Source of the DNA: Clavibacter sp. B3I6
GTDB taxonomy: Bacteria; Actinomycetota; Actinomycetes; Actinomycetales; Microbacteriaceae
Length of the DNA: 64,000 bases
NCBI RefSeq assembly: GCF_030816895.1
Contig: NZ_JAUSYL010000001.1
Coordinates: 3,069,682-3,133,681, forward strand
Reading direction: 5' to 3'
This document shows positions 42,669 to 53,512 of the stretch, piece after piece. A model generated the notes under the pieces. The model was not told the DNA's origin, did no database searches, and was given only the letters and a program-made list of their open reading frames with translations. The position numbers and the translations under genes were made by a program. Within the stretch, counting starts at the first letter, position 1. Every line of letters starts with the position of its first letter.

Positions 42669-42849
42669 GCGTCGCCGGGGCAGGGAGGGGAAGCGGCCGG
42701 GGGTCGCGGACGCGCGACGCGCCCGGCCGCCCCGTCCCGAGGCCACGGCTCGCTGGGTGCCGCGTCCAGGCGGCGGTGGTCGGATGGCTCCGCGCCACGA
42801 GCGCCGCGGGCGGCCGTCCGACCGCCCGCACCCCGAGCGAAGGAGACCC

Positions 42850-43869
42850 ATGACCGCACGCAGCATCCAGTGGCAGCTGGCGAGGCGCCCCACCGGCGAG
42901 CCGACCCCCGACGACGTCCGCCGCGTCGAGGTCGACCTCCCCGACCTGCGGGACGGCGAGGTCCGGGTCGAGAACGAGTACATCTCCGTCGACCCCTACA
43001 TGCGCGGCCGCATGAACGACGTCCCCTCCTACATCCCGCCCTTCGGCCTCGACGAGGCCATGACCGGATCCGCGGTGGGCCGCGTCGTCGAGTCCCGCTC
43101 CGACGACCTCGCCGTCGGCACGCTCGTCAGCCACAGCCTCGGCTGGCGCGACGTCGCCCAGGGCCAGGCGGGCGCGTTCCGCCCCGTCCCCGAGATCCCC
43201 GGCGTGGCGTCGTCTGCCCACCTCGGCGTGCTGGGCCTCACGGGCCTCACCGCCTACGTCGGCCTCGCCCGCATCGCCTCCATCCGCGAGGGCGACGTCG
43301 TGTTCGTCTCCGGCGCGGCCGGGGCCGTGGGGTCCATGGTCGGCCAGATCGCCCGGCTCCTCGGCGCCTCGCGCGTCGTCGGCAGCGCCGGATCCGCGGA
43401 GAAGGTCGAGCGCCTCACGTCGCACCTCGGCTTCGACGCCGCGTTCGACTACCACGGCGGCGACCTCGAGGGGAAGCTCGCGGAGGCGGCGCCCGACGGC
43501 ATCGACCTCTACTTCGACAACGTCGGCGGCGACCACCTCTCGGCCGCGCTCGGCGCCCTGCGCGACGGCGGCCGCGTCGCCAACTGCGGCTCGATCTCGA
43601 CCTACAACTCCACGGGCGAGGAGGTCGCGATCCGCAACACGGGCCGCATCGTCACGCGCGGCCTCACGCTCCGCGGCTTCACCCTCGGCAACCACCAGGA
43701 CCTCGCGCCGGAGTTCGCCGCGAAGATGGGCCCGTGGCTCGCCGAGGGCCGCATCAGGGCCGACGAGACCGTGATCGACGGCATCGACCGCGCGTTCGAC
43801 GCCTTCACGGGCCTCATGCGCGGCGAGAACGTCGGGAAGATGGTCGTGCGGACCCGCGCCTCCGCCTGA
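42850..43869 (+). CDS. NADP-dependent oxidoreductase (MDR, YncB/CurA-like)
   Basis: 339 aa; AAGGAG RBS; GAAGAVG motif. Confidence 0.8.
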   Translation: MTARSIQWQLARRPTGEPTPDDVRRVEVDLPDLRDGEVRVENEYISVDPYMRGRMNDVPSYIPPFGLDEAMTGSAVGRVVESRSDDLAVGTLVSHSLGWRDVAQGQAGAFRPVPEIPGVASSAHLGVLGLTGLTAYVGLARIASIREGDVVFVSGAAGAVGSMVGQIARLLGASRVVGSAGSAEKVERLTSHLGFDAAFDYHGGDLEGKLAEAAPDGIDLYFDNVGGDHLSAALGALRDGGRVANCGSISTYNSTGEEVAIRNTGRIVTRGLTLRGFTLGNHQDLAPEFAAKMGPWLAEGRIRADETVIDGIDRAFDAFTGLMRGENVGKMVVRTRASA

Positions 43870-45001
43870 CCCGCACCTCCCGCGCGTCGTCCTCGGGGAG
43901 CGTCGGCGGCGCGTCCGCCCGGCGCTCCTCGCGGGCGTCGTCCGCGCTCCCGACCCGCGCCTCGCGCAGCCGCCGCCCCTCGTCCTCGAGGAGGGCCCGG
44001 CGGCGCGCGAGCCGCTCGGCCCGCGTCGTGTCGCGCACCGGCAGCCGCAGCGCCTGCTCCGCGGCGATGCCCGCCTGCAGCTGCCGGGCGCGGAGGATCT
44101 CCACGTCGAGCTCGCCGCCGAGGACGAGCGACAGGTTCCCGATGTAGAGCCAGAGCAGCAGCACGATCACCGCGCCGAGGACCCCGTAGGTCGACTCGTA
44201 GCTCGCGATGGTGGTCACGTACGCGACGAACCCGGCGGTGCCGAGCCCCCACGCGACGATGGCCACGAGGCTGCCCCAGGTGAGCAGGTCCACGCGACGG
44301 CGCCGCAGGTTCGGGGTCGCGGCGTACAGGACGCCGATGATCCCCGTGAGCAGCACCACGAGCAGCGGCCACTTGACGACGGCCCACACCACGAGGGTCG
44401 TGTCCCCGAGCCCGAGGTGCTGGCCGAGCGCCCGGGCCCCCTCGTCCGTGAGCAGCAGCATGCCCACCATCACGACGCTGACGACGAGCAGCGCGATCGT
44501 CACCAGGAGCATCAGCGCCCGGTACTTCACGAGCGGCCGGCCCTCCTCGGTCTCCTGGACGCGGTTCATGGCGCGCCCGAACGCGGTGACGTAGGCGGCC
44601 GACGTCCACAGGGCGCCGAGCGCGCTGATGCCGAACGCGAGCCCGGAGCGCGGCCCGTCGGCGAGCTGCTCGACCGGGTCGCGGATCACGTCGACCGCGG
44701 GGTCGCCGAGCACGGCCGTGAGGACCCGGAACACGCCCTCGACGCCGGCGCGCGTGTCGCCGACCAGGCCGATGAGGCTGAGCACCGCGACCGCGGCGGG
44801 GATGAGCGAGAGCGTGGAGTAGAAGGTGAGGCTCGCGGCCGCGTCGATGCCGCGGTGCTTCATGAAGCCGTAGACCGCGCGTCGACAGGCGTACCAGCCG
44901 AGCTCCCGGCCGATGGGCTGGCGCCGGTGGAGGGCCGCCTCGACGAGCGCGTCCTGCGGGTCCGCGTCGTCGGGGTCGGAGCGGGTCGCGCGGTGGGGCA
45001 T
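43814..45001 (-). CDS. YihY/BrkB-family membrane protein
   Basis: 395 aa; 6 TM; 56-bp convergent 3' overlap with the oxidoreductase gene. Confidence 0.7.
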   Translation of the reverse strand: MPHRATRSDPDDADPQDALVEAALHRRQPIGRELGWYACRRAVYGFMKHRGIDAAASLTFYSTLSLIPAAVAVLSLIGLVGDTRAGVEGVFRVLTAVLGDPAVDVIRDPVEQLADGPRSGLAFGISALGALWTSAAYVTAFGRAMNRVQETEEGRPLVKYRALMLLVTIALLVVSVVMVGMLLLTDEGARALGQHLGLGDTTLVVWAVVKWPLLVVLLTGIIGVLYAATPNLRRRRVDLLTWGSLVAIVAWGLGTAGFVAYVTTIASYESTYGVLGAVIVLLLWLYIGNLSLVLGGELDVEILRARQLQAGIAAEQALRLPVRDTTRAERLARRRALLEDEGRRLREARVGSADDAREERRADAPPTLPEDDAREVRVRRRRGSARPSSRRSRRA

Positions 45002-45104
45002 GCCCGCCAGTCTGACCCACGCCCACCGCCCGGCCGCCCCGGCGGCGAGGCGCGCCCGCCCCGACGGCTAGGCGCACCCGCCCGGGTGCGCTACACAGGG
45101 AGGC

Positions 45105-46688
45105 ATGGTGCACACGGAGTCCGTCGAGATCGAGCGCAAGTACGACGTCCCCGAGGGGGTGCCCGTCCCGGCCTTCGCCGGCATCGAGGGGATCGCCGAG
45201 GCGCGGCCCGCGGAGCCCGTCACCCTGGTGGCCGTGTACCTCGACACCGCGGACCACGCGCTCGCCGCCCGCCGCATGATCCTCCGCCGCCGCGAGGGCG
45301 GGCACGACGCGGGCTGGCACGTGAAGCTCCCGGCCGACGGCGGCGAGGGCCGCACGGAGCTCGGCTGGCCCCTCGCGGACGGCGACGACGGCGACGGCGC
45401 CGTGCCGCCCGCCGTGCTCGACGCGGTGGCCGTGCACGTGCGCGGCCGCGAGCTCACGCCGCTCGCGCGCCTCGAGACCGTGCGCACCGTCGTCACGCTG
45501 CACGACGCGGACGGCCGCGCGGTCGCGGAGTTCGCGGACGACCGGGTCACCGGATCCGACGTGCGCGGCGGCATCGTGCGCGCCTGGCACGAGTGGGAGG
45601 TGGAGCTGCTGCCCGACGCGCCCGCGAAGCGCAAGCAGCGCACCGCGCTCCTCGACCGGATCGAGCAGCACGTCCTCGACGCGGGCGGCCGCCCCTCCGA
45701 CAGCGCGTCCAAGCTCGCCCGCGCGCTCGGTGCCGACGCGCTCGGCCGGCAGGCGCCCGCGGGTCCCGCGCTGCCGGATCCCGCCGCGCTCACGAAGGAC
45801 GGCCCCGCCTCCGACGTCGCCCGGGCGGTCCTCGCCCGCGGCGTCCGCGACCTCGTCGCCGCCGACCCGCACGTCCGCGCGGACGAGCACGACTCCGTCC
45901 ACCGGATGCGCGTCGCCGTCCGCCGGCTCCGCAGCGCCCTGCGCACCCACCAGGACGTCATCGACCCCGCGGCCACGGCCCCGATCCGCGCCGAGCTCAC
46001 GGCGCTCGGCACCGTGCTCGGCGAGGCCCGCGACATGGAGGTGCTGCGCGACCGCGTCGTCTGGTCGGTCGTCGAGCACGACACGGCGACCGTGCCCGAC
46101 CACGTGGGCGACGCCCTGCACGACGTCCTCGACGAGCGCTACCACCAGGCCCGCGAGCGCGTCGTCCGGGCGCTCTCGTCCGCGCGCTACGTCCAGCTGC
46201 TCGACTCCCTCGACGCCCTGGTGCAGGATCCGCCGCTCACGCACGACGCCAGCGCCCCCGCGGGTCCCGCCCTGCACCGCGCGCTCCGCCGCGACGCCGA
46301 GCGCGTCGGCCGCCGCGCCGCCATCGCGCAGGAGGCGGTCGGCGAGACCGCGCGCATCGAGGCGCTGCACGAGGTCCGCAAGGCCGCGAAGCGCCTCCGC
46401 TACGCGGCCGAGGAGGTCAGCGGGCGCACGGTCGCGGTCCTCGGGCGGAAGACCCTGCGGCTCGCGACGGCCGCCGAGGAGGTGCACGACGAGCTCGGGG
46501 AGCACCGCGACGGCATCGCCATGCAGCGCGTCCTCCGCGAGGAGGCGCAGCGCCTGGCGGCCCGCGGCGAGGACTCCTTCGCGCTCGGCGTGCTGCACGA
46601 GGCCGAGCGGCTGCGCACCGAGTCCGCCCTGTGGCGGGCGCAGCGCGCGCTCGAGCGCCTGCTCGCCACCGCCGTCCCGGGAGCGTGA
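45105..46688 (+). CDS. CYTH-domain + CHAD-domain protein (triphosphatase-like)
   Basis: 527 aa; N-terminal EIERKY CYTH motif; C-terminal CHAD helical domain. Confidence 0.7.
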   Translation: MVHTESVEIERKYDVPEGVPVPAFAGIEGIAEARPAEPVTLVAVYLDTADHALAARRMILRRREGGHDAGWHVKLPADGGEGRTELGWPLADGDDGDGAVPPAVLDAVAVHVRGRELTPLARLETVRTVVTLHDADGRAVAEFADDRVTGSDVRGGIVRAWHEWEVELLPDAPAKRKQRTALLDRIEQHVLDAGGRPSDSASKLARALGADALGRQAPAGPALPDPAALTKDGPASDVARAVLARGVRDLVAADPHVRADEHDSVHRMRVAVRRLRSALRTHQDVIDPAATAPIRAELTALGTVLGEARDMEVLRDRVVWSVVEHDTATVPDHVGDALHDVLDERYHQARERVVRALSSARYVQLLDSLDALVQDPPLTHDASAPAGPALHRALRRDAERVGRRAAIAQEAVGETARIEALHEVRKAAKRLRYAAEEVSGRTVAVLGRKTLRLATAAEEVHDELGEHRDGIAMQRVLREEAQRLAARGEDSFALGVLHEAERLRTESALWRAQRALERLLATAVPGA

Positions 46689-46710
46689 GGGCGGCTCGTA
46701 GACTCGTCAG

Positions 46711-48444
46711 GTGACCCCCGACGCCGAACCGCCGACCCCGGCGTACGACCCGTCGGAGCTCGACGTGCGGGTCACGGGCGGCACCGTCCGCGGCGTGCGC
46801 GAGCGCGGCGTCGAGGCGTGGCGCGGGATCCCGTTCGCCGCCCCGCCCCGCGGCGACCTCCGCTTCCGGGCCCCGCAGCCCGTCGTCGGCTGGGAGGGCG
46901 CGCGCTTCGCGCAGCACTTCGGCAAGGTGGCGCCGCAGGTCAGCGCGGGCGCGTTCCTGGGCGCGCCGCAGGGCACGCCCATGGGCGAGGACTGCCTCAC
47001 GATCAACGTGATCGCGCCGTCCGGGCTCAGCCCCGACGCCGCGCGCGTGAACCGCGAGTCGCAGCTGCGGCCGGTCATGGTCTTCATCCACGGTGGCGCG
47101 TACGTCGTCGGATCATCGCGGGAGAACCCCGTGCAGGGCGAGGGCCTCGTGCGCCAGGGCGGCATCGTCTACGTCAGCTTCAACTACCGCCTCGGCGCGC
47201 TCGGCTACCTCGACTTCAGCCGGTACTCCACGCCCGAGCGGCCCATCGAGTCGAACCTCGGCCTCCGCGACCAGGTGCAGGCGCTCCGCTGGGTGCGCGA
47301 CAACATCCGCGCGTTCGGCGGGGATCCCGACAACGTCACGGTCTTCGGCGAGTCCGCGGGTGGCAACGCCGTCACGACCCTCATGGCGGTGCCGTCGGCG
47401 CACGGCCTGTTCGCGCGCGCCATCGCGCAGAGCTCGCCCACCAACGCCATCTACCCGTCGGAGCAGACGGCCAGGTGGGCGGAGCAGTTCGTGCGGATCC
47501 TCGCGGACCGGGCGGGCCGCGCGCCGGACGACGCCGAGGCCGTCCGCCTCCTCACCTCCGCCAGCTCCTCCACCCTCGCGACGGCGGCGAACGAGCTCAT
47601 GGTCCGCACGCCCGACGAGGAGCCCGGCACGATCACGTTCAGCCCGGTGATCGACGGCGACGTGCTGCCCGAGCGCCCCCTCGACGCCTTCAAGCACGGC
47701 CGGGCAGCCCGCGTGCCGCTCATCATCGGGACCAACGAGCGCGAGGGGTCGCTGTTCACGGGCCGCCTCGACATCCTCGCGACCACGCCCCGCCGCATCG
47801 AGGCGGTGTTCGCCAAGACCGACGAGGAGCACCGTGAGGAGCTGGCGGCGCTCTACCCGGGGCTGCCGAAGCGCCGCGCCGCCCTCGACTTCGGCGGCGA
47901 CTACGCCTTCTGGTTCCCGTCCGTCAAGGTCGCCGAGCGCCACGCGCGCTACGCGCCCGTGCACTTCTACCGGTTCGACATCGCGCCCCGGCTCGTGCGC
48001 CTCATGGGCCTCGACGCCACGCACGGCCTCGAGCTCTTCGCCCTCTTCGACCGGATGGACTCCCTGGTCGGCCGCGGCATGACCCTGCTCGGCGGCCGTC
48101 GCGCGTTCGTCGCCGCCGGCGAGCGGATGCGCATCGCCTGGCTCCGGTTCGCGCAGGACGGCTCGGTCGACGAGTCCTGGCCGGCGTACGTGGGCGACGA
48201 CGAGGACGCGCTGCGCGACCTCGAGGAGGCCGACGACCGCACGGCGGGCACGGGCGCAGCGGGGGAGCGCGGTCCGTCGCGCCCCGGATCCGGCCCCCGC
48301 CCCGCGCGCGTGCGCCCGGGCGGCATCCGCGACCGCGGCCCCCGGCGCCGCGCCACCCTGGTCTTCGACGTGGTCGACCGCGTCGAGCACGACCCGCACG
48401 CCGACCGCCGGGTCGCCTGGCGCGACTTCGTCCCGCACATCTGA
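46711..48444 (+). CDS. carboxylesterase type B (para-nitrobenzyl-esterase family)
   Basis: 577 aa; GESAGG nucleophile elbow; EDCLTINV motif. Confidence 0.8.
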   Translation: MTPDAEPPTPAYDPSELDVRVTGGTVRGVRERGVEAWRGIPFAAPPRGDLRFRAPQPVVGWEGARFAQHFGKVAPQVSAGAFLGAPQGTPMGEDCLTINVIAPSGLSPDAARVNRESQLRPVMVFIHGGAYVVGSSRENPVQGEGLVRQGGIVYVSFNYRLGALGYLDFSRYSTPERPIESNLGLRDQVQALRWVRDNIRAFGGDPDNVTVFGESAGGNAVTTLMAVPSAHGLFARAIAQSSPTNAIYPSEQTARWAEQFVRILADRAGRAPDDAEAVRLLTSASSSTLATAANELMVRTPDEEPGTITFSPVIDGDVLPERPLDAFKHGRAARVPLIIGTNEREGSLFTGRLDILATTPRRIEAVFAKTDEEHREELAALYPGLPKRRAALDFGGDYAFWFPSVKVAERHARYAPVHFYRFDIAPRLVRLMGLDATHGLELFALFDRMDSLVGRGMTLLGGRRAFVAAGERMRIAWLRFAQDGSVDESWPAYVGDDEDALRDLEEADDRTAGTGAAGERGPSRPGSGPRPARVRPGGIRDRGPRRRATLVFDVVDRVEHDPHADRRVAWRDFVPHI

Positions 48445-48561
48445 CCGGGTCGGCGGCACGCGCTGTTCACCGGCCCGCCACCCGCCCGTCGCCCGGTTCC
48501 GCCTGTTCACGAGTAGGCCGTTAGGATCGACGACTGTGATATCCGCTCGAGGGATCCGGTA

Positions 48562-49743
48562 GTGGATCTCACCCTCATCGTCGTCCTGGTCATCGTCCTG
48601 GCTCTGTTCTTCGACTTCACCAACGGCTTCCACGACACGGCGAACGCGATGGCGACCCCCATCGCGACGGGTGCGCTGAAGCCGCGAGTGGCCGTCGCCA
48701 TCGCCGCGGTCCTCAACCTCGTCGGCGCGTTCCTCAGCACCGAGGTGGCGAAGACCGTCTCCGGCGGCATCATCCGCGAGGGCGACGGCGGCGTGCAGAT
48801 CACGCCCACCATGATCTTCGCGGGGCTCATGGGCGCCATCGTCTGGAACCTGGTGACCTGGCTCCGCGGCCTCCCCTCGAGCTCCAGCCACGCGCTGTTC
48901 GGCGGCCTCATCGGCGCGGCCGTCGTGGGCGCGGGCCTCGGCTCGGTCGACTTCGGCGTCGTCATGTCGAAGGTGATCCTGCCGGCGCTGCTCGCCCCCG
49001 TGATCGCGGGCGTCATCGCGTACACGACCACGAAGCTCGCCTACTCGATCACGCGCCGCTCGAGCGGCCCGAACGAGCGCGGCGGATTCCGCTACGGCCA
49101 GATCTTCACCTCCTCGCTCGTCGCGCTCGCGCACGGCACCAACGACGCGCAGAAGACCATGGGCATCATCACCCTCACGCTCATCGCGGGCGGCTTCCAG
49201 GCGGCGGGCTCAGGCCCCGAGTTCTGGGTCATCGCCGTCTGCGCCGTGGCCATCGCGCTCGGCACCTACATGGGCGGCTGGCGCATCATCCGCACGATGG
49301 GATCCGGTCTCACCGAGGTCAAGCCCGCGCAGGGCTTCAGCGCCGAGGCGTCGACCGCGGCCACCATCCTGGCGTCGAGCCACCTCGGCTTCGCGCTCTC
49401 CACCACGCAGGTCGCGTCGGGCTCCGTCATCGGCTCGGGCCTCGGCCGCCGGGGCGCGTCCGTCCGCTGGAACACCGTGGGCAAGATCGCGCTCGGCTGG
49501 CTCCTGACGCTGCCGTCCGCGGCGATCGTGGGCGCCGTCGCGGCGCTCGTCGCCAGCACGGGCACGGTCGGCTTCGTGATCGACGCGGTGGTCGGCGTCG
49601 CGGTCATCGTGTGGATCTTCTGGCGCTCGCGCCGGAACGCCGTGCACGCCCGCAACGCCATCGTCGAGGTCGACGCCGCCGGGTTCGCGGTCCGCGGACG
49701 CAAGGCCACCAAGGCCGCGAGGAAGGCCAGGGAGGCCGCATGA
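48562..49743 (+). CDS. pit: inorganic phosphate transporter, PiT family
   Basis: 393 aa; duplicated GANDVANA-type motifs (FHDTANAMATP / HGTNDAQKTMG). Confidence 0.85.
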   Translation: MDLTLIVVLVIVLALFFDFTNGFHDTANAMATPIATGALKPRVAVAIAAVLNLVGAFLSTEVAKTVSGGIIREGDGGVQITPTMIFAGLMGAIVWNLVTWLRGLPSSSSHALFGGLIGAAVVGAGLGSVDFGVVMSKVILPALLAPVIAGVIAYTTTKLAYSITRRSSGPNERGGFRYGQIFTSSLVALAHGTNDAQKTMGIITLTLIAGGFQAAGSGPEFWVIAVCAVAIALGTYMGGWRIIRTMGSGLTEVKPAQGFSAEASTAATILASSHLGFALSTTQVASGSVIGSGLGRRGASVRWNTVGKIALGWLLTLPSAAIVGAVAALVASTGTVGFVIDAVVGVAVIVWIFWRSRRNAVHARNAIVEVDAAGFAVRGRKATKAARKAREAA

Positions 49744-49991
49744 TCGACTGGAGCGCGTTCCTCATCGTCGCCGTGGCGGCCCTCGTGGGCGCCGTCGCGG
49801 TGGTCACCCTCTTCTCCATCGGCGTGCGGCTGCTCGCCGTCGGCACCGAGTACGACGACGAGGGCGACAAGGTGTCCGTCACGGGCATCCGCCCGCAGGC
49901 CGCGACCGTCGGCGGCTACGTCTGCTTCGCCCTCAGCGGCCTCGCCGTGCTGTACGGCGTCTACCTCATCGTCCCCGCGCTGCACTCCTGA
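49740..49991 (+). CDS. small membrane protein translationally coupled to pit (ATGA)
   Basis: 83 aa; two TM helices. Confidence 0.45.
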   Translation: MIDWSAFLIVAVAALVGAVAVVTLFSIGVRLLAVGTEYDDEGDKVSVTGIRPQAATVGGYVCFALSGLAVLYGVYLIVPALHS

Positions 49992-50113
49992 CCGGGCCGC
50001 GCGGGACCGGGGTCGCCGGGCCGCGCGCCCGCCCCTAGGCTCGACCCATCCCGACGCCGTCGTCGGCTCCTCCCTCCTCCTGTCGTCCGACCCGACCCCT
50101 CGCGGAAGAAGCC

Positions 50114-51589
50114 ATGACCGAAGCGCGCACGTCGTCCCCCGCCCCCGCGACCCCCGGAGCGCGCGGCGCGCTCGACCGGTTCTTCGAGATCACGGCGCGG
50201 GGCTCCACGTACGCCCGCGAGATCCGCGGCGGCGTCCTCACGTTCGTGACGATGGCGTACATCGTCGTGCTCAACCCGCTGATCCTCGGCGGCTTCAGCG
50301 CCGACGCGGCCACGCTCGACGTCGAGGGCAACTGGCTGCAGGCCACGCAGGTGGGCGCGGCGACGGCCCTCACCGCGGGCGTCATGACCATCCTCTTCGG
50401 CCTCGTCGCGCGCCTGCCGTTCGCGTTCGCGGCTGGCCTCGGCATCAACTCGTTCCTCGCGGTGAGCGTGGTCGGCGAGGTCACCTGGCCCGAGGCGATG
50501 GGCCTCGTCGTCATCAACGGCCTCGTGATCGTCCTGCTCGCCACCACGGGACTCCGCACACTGATCTTCCGGGCCGTCCCGCGGGAGCTGAAGACAGCCA
50601 TCACGGTCGGCATCGGGCTCTTCATCGCGTTCATCGGCTTCGTCGACTCCGGGTTCGTGCGCGGCACGGGCGTGCCGGCCTCGCCGCTCGCGCTCGGGAT
50701 CGACGGCTCCATCGCCTCGCTGCCGACCGTCGTCTTCATCCTCGGCCTCGTGGTCATGGGCGTCCTCATGGCCCGCCGCGTCCCCGGCGCGCTCCTCATC
50801 GGCATCGTCGCGACCACGCTCATCGCCATCGTCGTGGAGCAGGTCTTCCGCATCGGCCCGTCGAACACCTCGGGCGCCACCGGCTGGAACCTCAACGCGC
50901 CCGTGCTGCCCGCCGCGCCCGTGTCCCTCCCGGACCTCGGGCTCGTCGGCGCCTTCGACCTCGGCGCTTTCGGCCGCATCGGCGTCATCTCCGCGCTCAT
51001 GCTCGTCTTCACGCTGGTCTTCACGAACTTCTTCGACGCGATGGGCACCATGACGGGCCTCGCGAAGGCCGCGGACCTCTCCGACGAGCGCGGCGACTTC
51101 CCCCGCCTCAAGGGCGCCCTGGTCGTCGAGGGCTTCGGCGCGGTCGCGGGCGGGGCCACCTCGAGCTCGTCGAACACGGTGTTCATCGAGTCGGCCTCCG
51201 GCATCGGCGAGGGCGCGCGCACGGGCCTCGCGTCGATGGTCACGGGCGTGCTCTTCCTCCTGGCGATGTTCTTCACGCCGCTCACGCAGGTCGTGCCGCT
51301 CGAGGTCGCGGCCGCCGCGCTCGTCATCGTCGGCACGCTCATGGCGTCGCAGATCAAGGACATCGTCTGGACCGACTTCTCGGTCGCGCTCCCGGTGTTC
51401 CTCACCGTGCTCGTGATGCCGCTCACGTACTCGATCGCGAACGGCATCGGCGTCGGCTTCCTGTCGTGGGTGCTGGTGCGCTCGTTCTCGGGCCGCGTGC
51501 GCGAGGTCTCGCCGCTGCTCTGGGTCGTCTCCGCGGGCTTCCTCGTGTTCTTCGCGCGCGGGCCCATCGAGCAGCTGCTCGGCGTCTGA
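50114..51589 (+). CDS. NCS2-family purine permease (AzgA-like)
   Basis: 491 aa; 12-14 TM; AzgA family conservation. Confidence 0.8.
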   Translation: MTEARTSSPAPATPGARGALDRFFEITARGSTYAREIRGGVLTFVTMAYIVVLNPLILGGFSADAATLDVEGNWLQATQVGAATALTAGVMTILFGLVARLPFAFAAGLGINSFLAVSVVGEVTWPEAMGLVVINGLVIVLLATTGLRTLIFRAVPRELKTAITVGIGLFIAFIGFVDSGFVRGTGVPASPLALGIDGSIASLPTVVFILGLVVMGVLMARRVPGALLIGIVATTLIAIVVEQVFRIGPSNTSGATGWNLNAPVLPAAPVSLPDLGLVGAFDLGAFGRIGVISALMLVFTLVFTNFFDAMGTMTGLAKAADLSDERGDFPRLKGALVVEGFGAVAGGATSSSSNTVFIESASGIGEGARTGLASMVTGVLFLLAMFFTPLTQVVPLEVAAAALVIVGTLMASQIKDIVWTDFSVALPVFLTVLVMPLTYSIANGIGVGFLSWVLVRSFSGRVREVSPLLWVVSAGFLVFFARGPIEQLLGV

Positions 51590-51683
51590 CGCGCGCGCGT
51601 CGGTCCGCCCGGGTCGGCGCGACGCGCCCAGCCCTGCGTAAGGTGGGTCGGGACCCCCTCCGACGACGCACGGGAGCCCGCAC

Positions 51684-52961
51684 ATGACCGACCTCGACAC
51701 GCGCGGCGACGTCCGCGAGCCCCAGGAGTCCGCGAAGCGCTGGCGCATCGTCGGGCCGGGCCTCGTCGTCGCGGCCACCGGCATCGGGGCGGGCGACCTC
51801 GTCGCGACCCTCGTCGCCGGATCCCGCTTCGGCTACGCCCTGCTCTGGGCGGCCGTGCTCGGCGTGGTCATCAAGATCTTCCTCGTGGAGGGCGCCGGCC
51901 GGTACTCGCTCGCGACGGGCCGCACGATCTTCGAGGGCTGGCGCAGCGTCGGCCGCTGGACGACCTGGTACTTCGGCCCGTACATCCTCATCTGGGGACT
52001 CGTCTACGGCGCCGCCGCCATGAGCTCCTCCGCGCTCCCGCTCGCCGCGCTCTTCCCCGGCGTCGACCTCAAGGTGTTCGCGATCGGCTGCGGCGTCGCG
52101 GGCGCCGTGGTGGTCTGGTTCGGCCGCTACTCGGCGTTCGAGAGGATCATCGCGGTCTTCGTCGGCCTGATGTTCGTGACCGTCGTGGGCGCGGCGGTCG
52201 TCACCGTCCCGAACGTCCCCGCGCTCCTCACCGGCCTCGTGCCCACGATCCCGGAGGGCGGCCTGGTGGTCGCGCTCAGCATCGCGGGCGGCGTGGGCGG
52301 CACGATCACGCTCGCGGCGTACGGCTACTGGCTGCGCGAGAAGGGCTGGGTGGCGCCCGGGTGGATGAAGGTGATGCGCATCGACAACTCCGTCGCCTAC
52401 GTCATGAGCGGCGTCTTCGTGCTCTCCATGCTCGTCGTGGGAGCCGAGCTGCTCTACTCGGCCGACATCGCGCTGGCCGACGGCGAGGGCGGCCTGGTGC
52501 AGCTCGCCGACGTGCTGGGGGAGCGCTACGGCGCATTCATGACGTGGTTCTTCCTGCTCGGCTTCTTCGCCACGTCGTTCTCGTCGATCCTCGGCGTGTG
52601 GAACGGCGTCTCGCTCATGTTCGCCGACTTCCTCGGCACGGTCCGCGGCCTCGACGTCGAGGACCCGCGCCGTCGCCTCGGCGGCAGCTACTACAAGGGG
52701 TTCATCGTCTGGCTGACGATCCCGCCCATCGGCCTGCTGTTCCTCGACCAGCCGATCGGCCTGATCATCGCCTACGGCGTGCTCGGCGCCCTGTTCATGC
52801 CGTTCCTCGCCATCACCCTGCTCGTGCTCCTCAACACCGACCGCACGCCGCGCGCGTGGCGGAACCGCCCGCTCAGCAACACGGTGATGGGCATCTCCGC
52901 GCTGCTGTTCGTGGTGCTCGGCGTGCAGCAGCTCGTGACGGAGATCGGGAAGCTCCTGTAG
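51684..52961 (+). CDS. mntH: NRAMP-family divalent metal (Mn2+/Fe2+) transporter
   Basis: 425 aa; NRAMP signature DAGDL-like (GAGDLVAT) and MPH-type motifs. Confidence 0.85.
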   Translation: MTDLDTRGDVREPQESAKRWRIVGPGLVVAATGIGAGDLVATLVAGSRFGYALLWAAVLGVVIKIFLVEGAGRYSLATGRTIFEGWRSVGRWTTWYFGPYILIWGLVYGAAAMSSSALPLAALFPGVDLKVFAIGCGVAGAVVVWFGRYSAFERIIAVFVGLMFVTVVGAAVVTVPNVPALLTGLVPTIPEGGLVVALSIAGGVGGTITLAAYGYWLREKGWVAPGWMKVMRIDNSVAYVMSGVFVLSMLVVGAELLYSADIALADGEGGLVQLADVLGERYGAFMTWFFLLGFFATSFSSILGVWNGVSLMFADFLGTVRGLDVEDPRRRLGGSYYKGFIVWLTIPPIGLLFLDQPIGLIIAYGVLGALFMPFLAITLLVLLNTDRTPRAWRNRPLSNTVMGISALLFVVLGVQQLVTEIGKLL

Positions 52962-52996
52962 CGGCGGCGATGGCCCGTGGCCCGTGGTCGAGGCCG

Positions 52997-53512
52997 TCAG
53001 TCGGCGGAGGCGGTCGCGCGCACGTCCGAGGTGCCGGGGACGGCACGCTCGCCGGACGCCGGGGCCTCGGGCGCCCGGAACACCACGAGGCGGTAGAGCG
53101 TGAAGTTCCAGACGAGGCCGATGAGCACCGCGGTGGCCTTCGCGATGTTGATCTCGACGAACTCCTGCTCGGCGCTCGAGCCGAACGTGATGAGCGAGCG
53201 GCCGAACGTCGTGTCGAATCCGCGCTCGAAGAGCCAGATCACGCCGCTCTGCAGGAGCAGCGAGCTGAAGCCCGTCACCGCGAAGAACCGGAGGAAGCGG
53301 CCCACGGTCACGGGCCCGCCCTGCCGGAACACGAAGAAGTGGTTCAGGAAGTAGGAGATGGTGATGCCCACGGTCACCGAGACGAGGTTCGCGCCGATCA
53401 CCGGCATGGCGGCGCCCAGGATCAGCAGGTTGAGCAGCACGAAGTCGAGGCCCGTGTTGAGGAGCCCGGCGAGGAGGAAGCGGACGCGGCGGTCGCCGAG
53501 GAGCTTCGTCAT
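52997..53512 (-). CDS. GtrA-family membrane protein
   Basis: 171 aa; 4 TM; GtrA pattern. Confidence 0.7.
   Translation of the reverse strand: MTKLLGDRRVRFLLAGLLNTGLDFVLLNLLILGAAMPVIGANLVSVTVGITISYFLNHFFVFRQGGPVTVGRFLRFFAVTGFSSLLLQSGVIWLFERGFDTTFGRSLITFGSSAEQEFVEINIAKATAVLIGLVWNFTLYRLVVFRAPEAPASGERAVPGTSDVRATASAD

Noticed and set aside
49992-50113. Possible purine riboswitch upstream of the AzgA-like permease
   Set aside because: No purine-aptamer conserved core (UAUA...CGCGGGGAUAUGGCCCG...) is visible. It is just a GC-rich leader.
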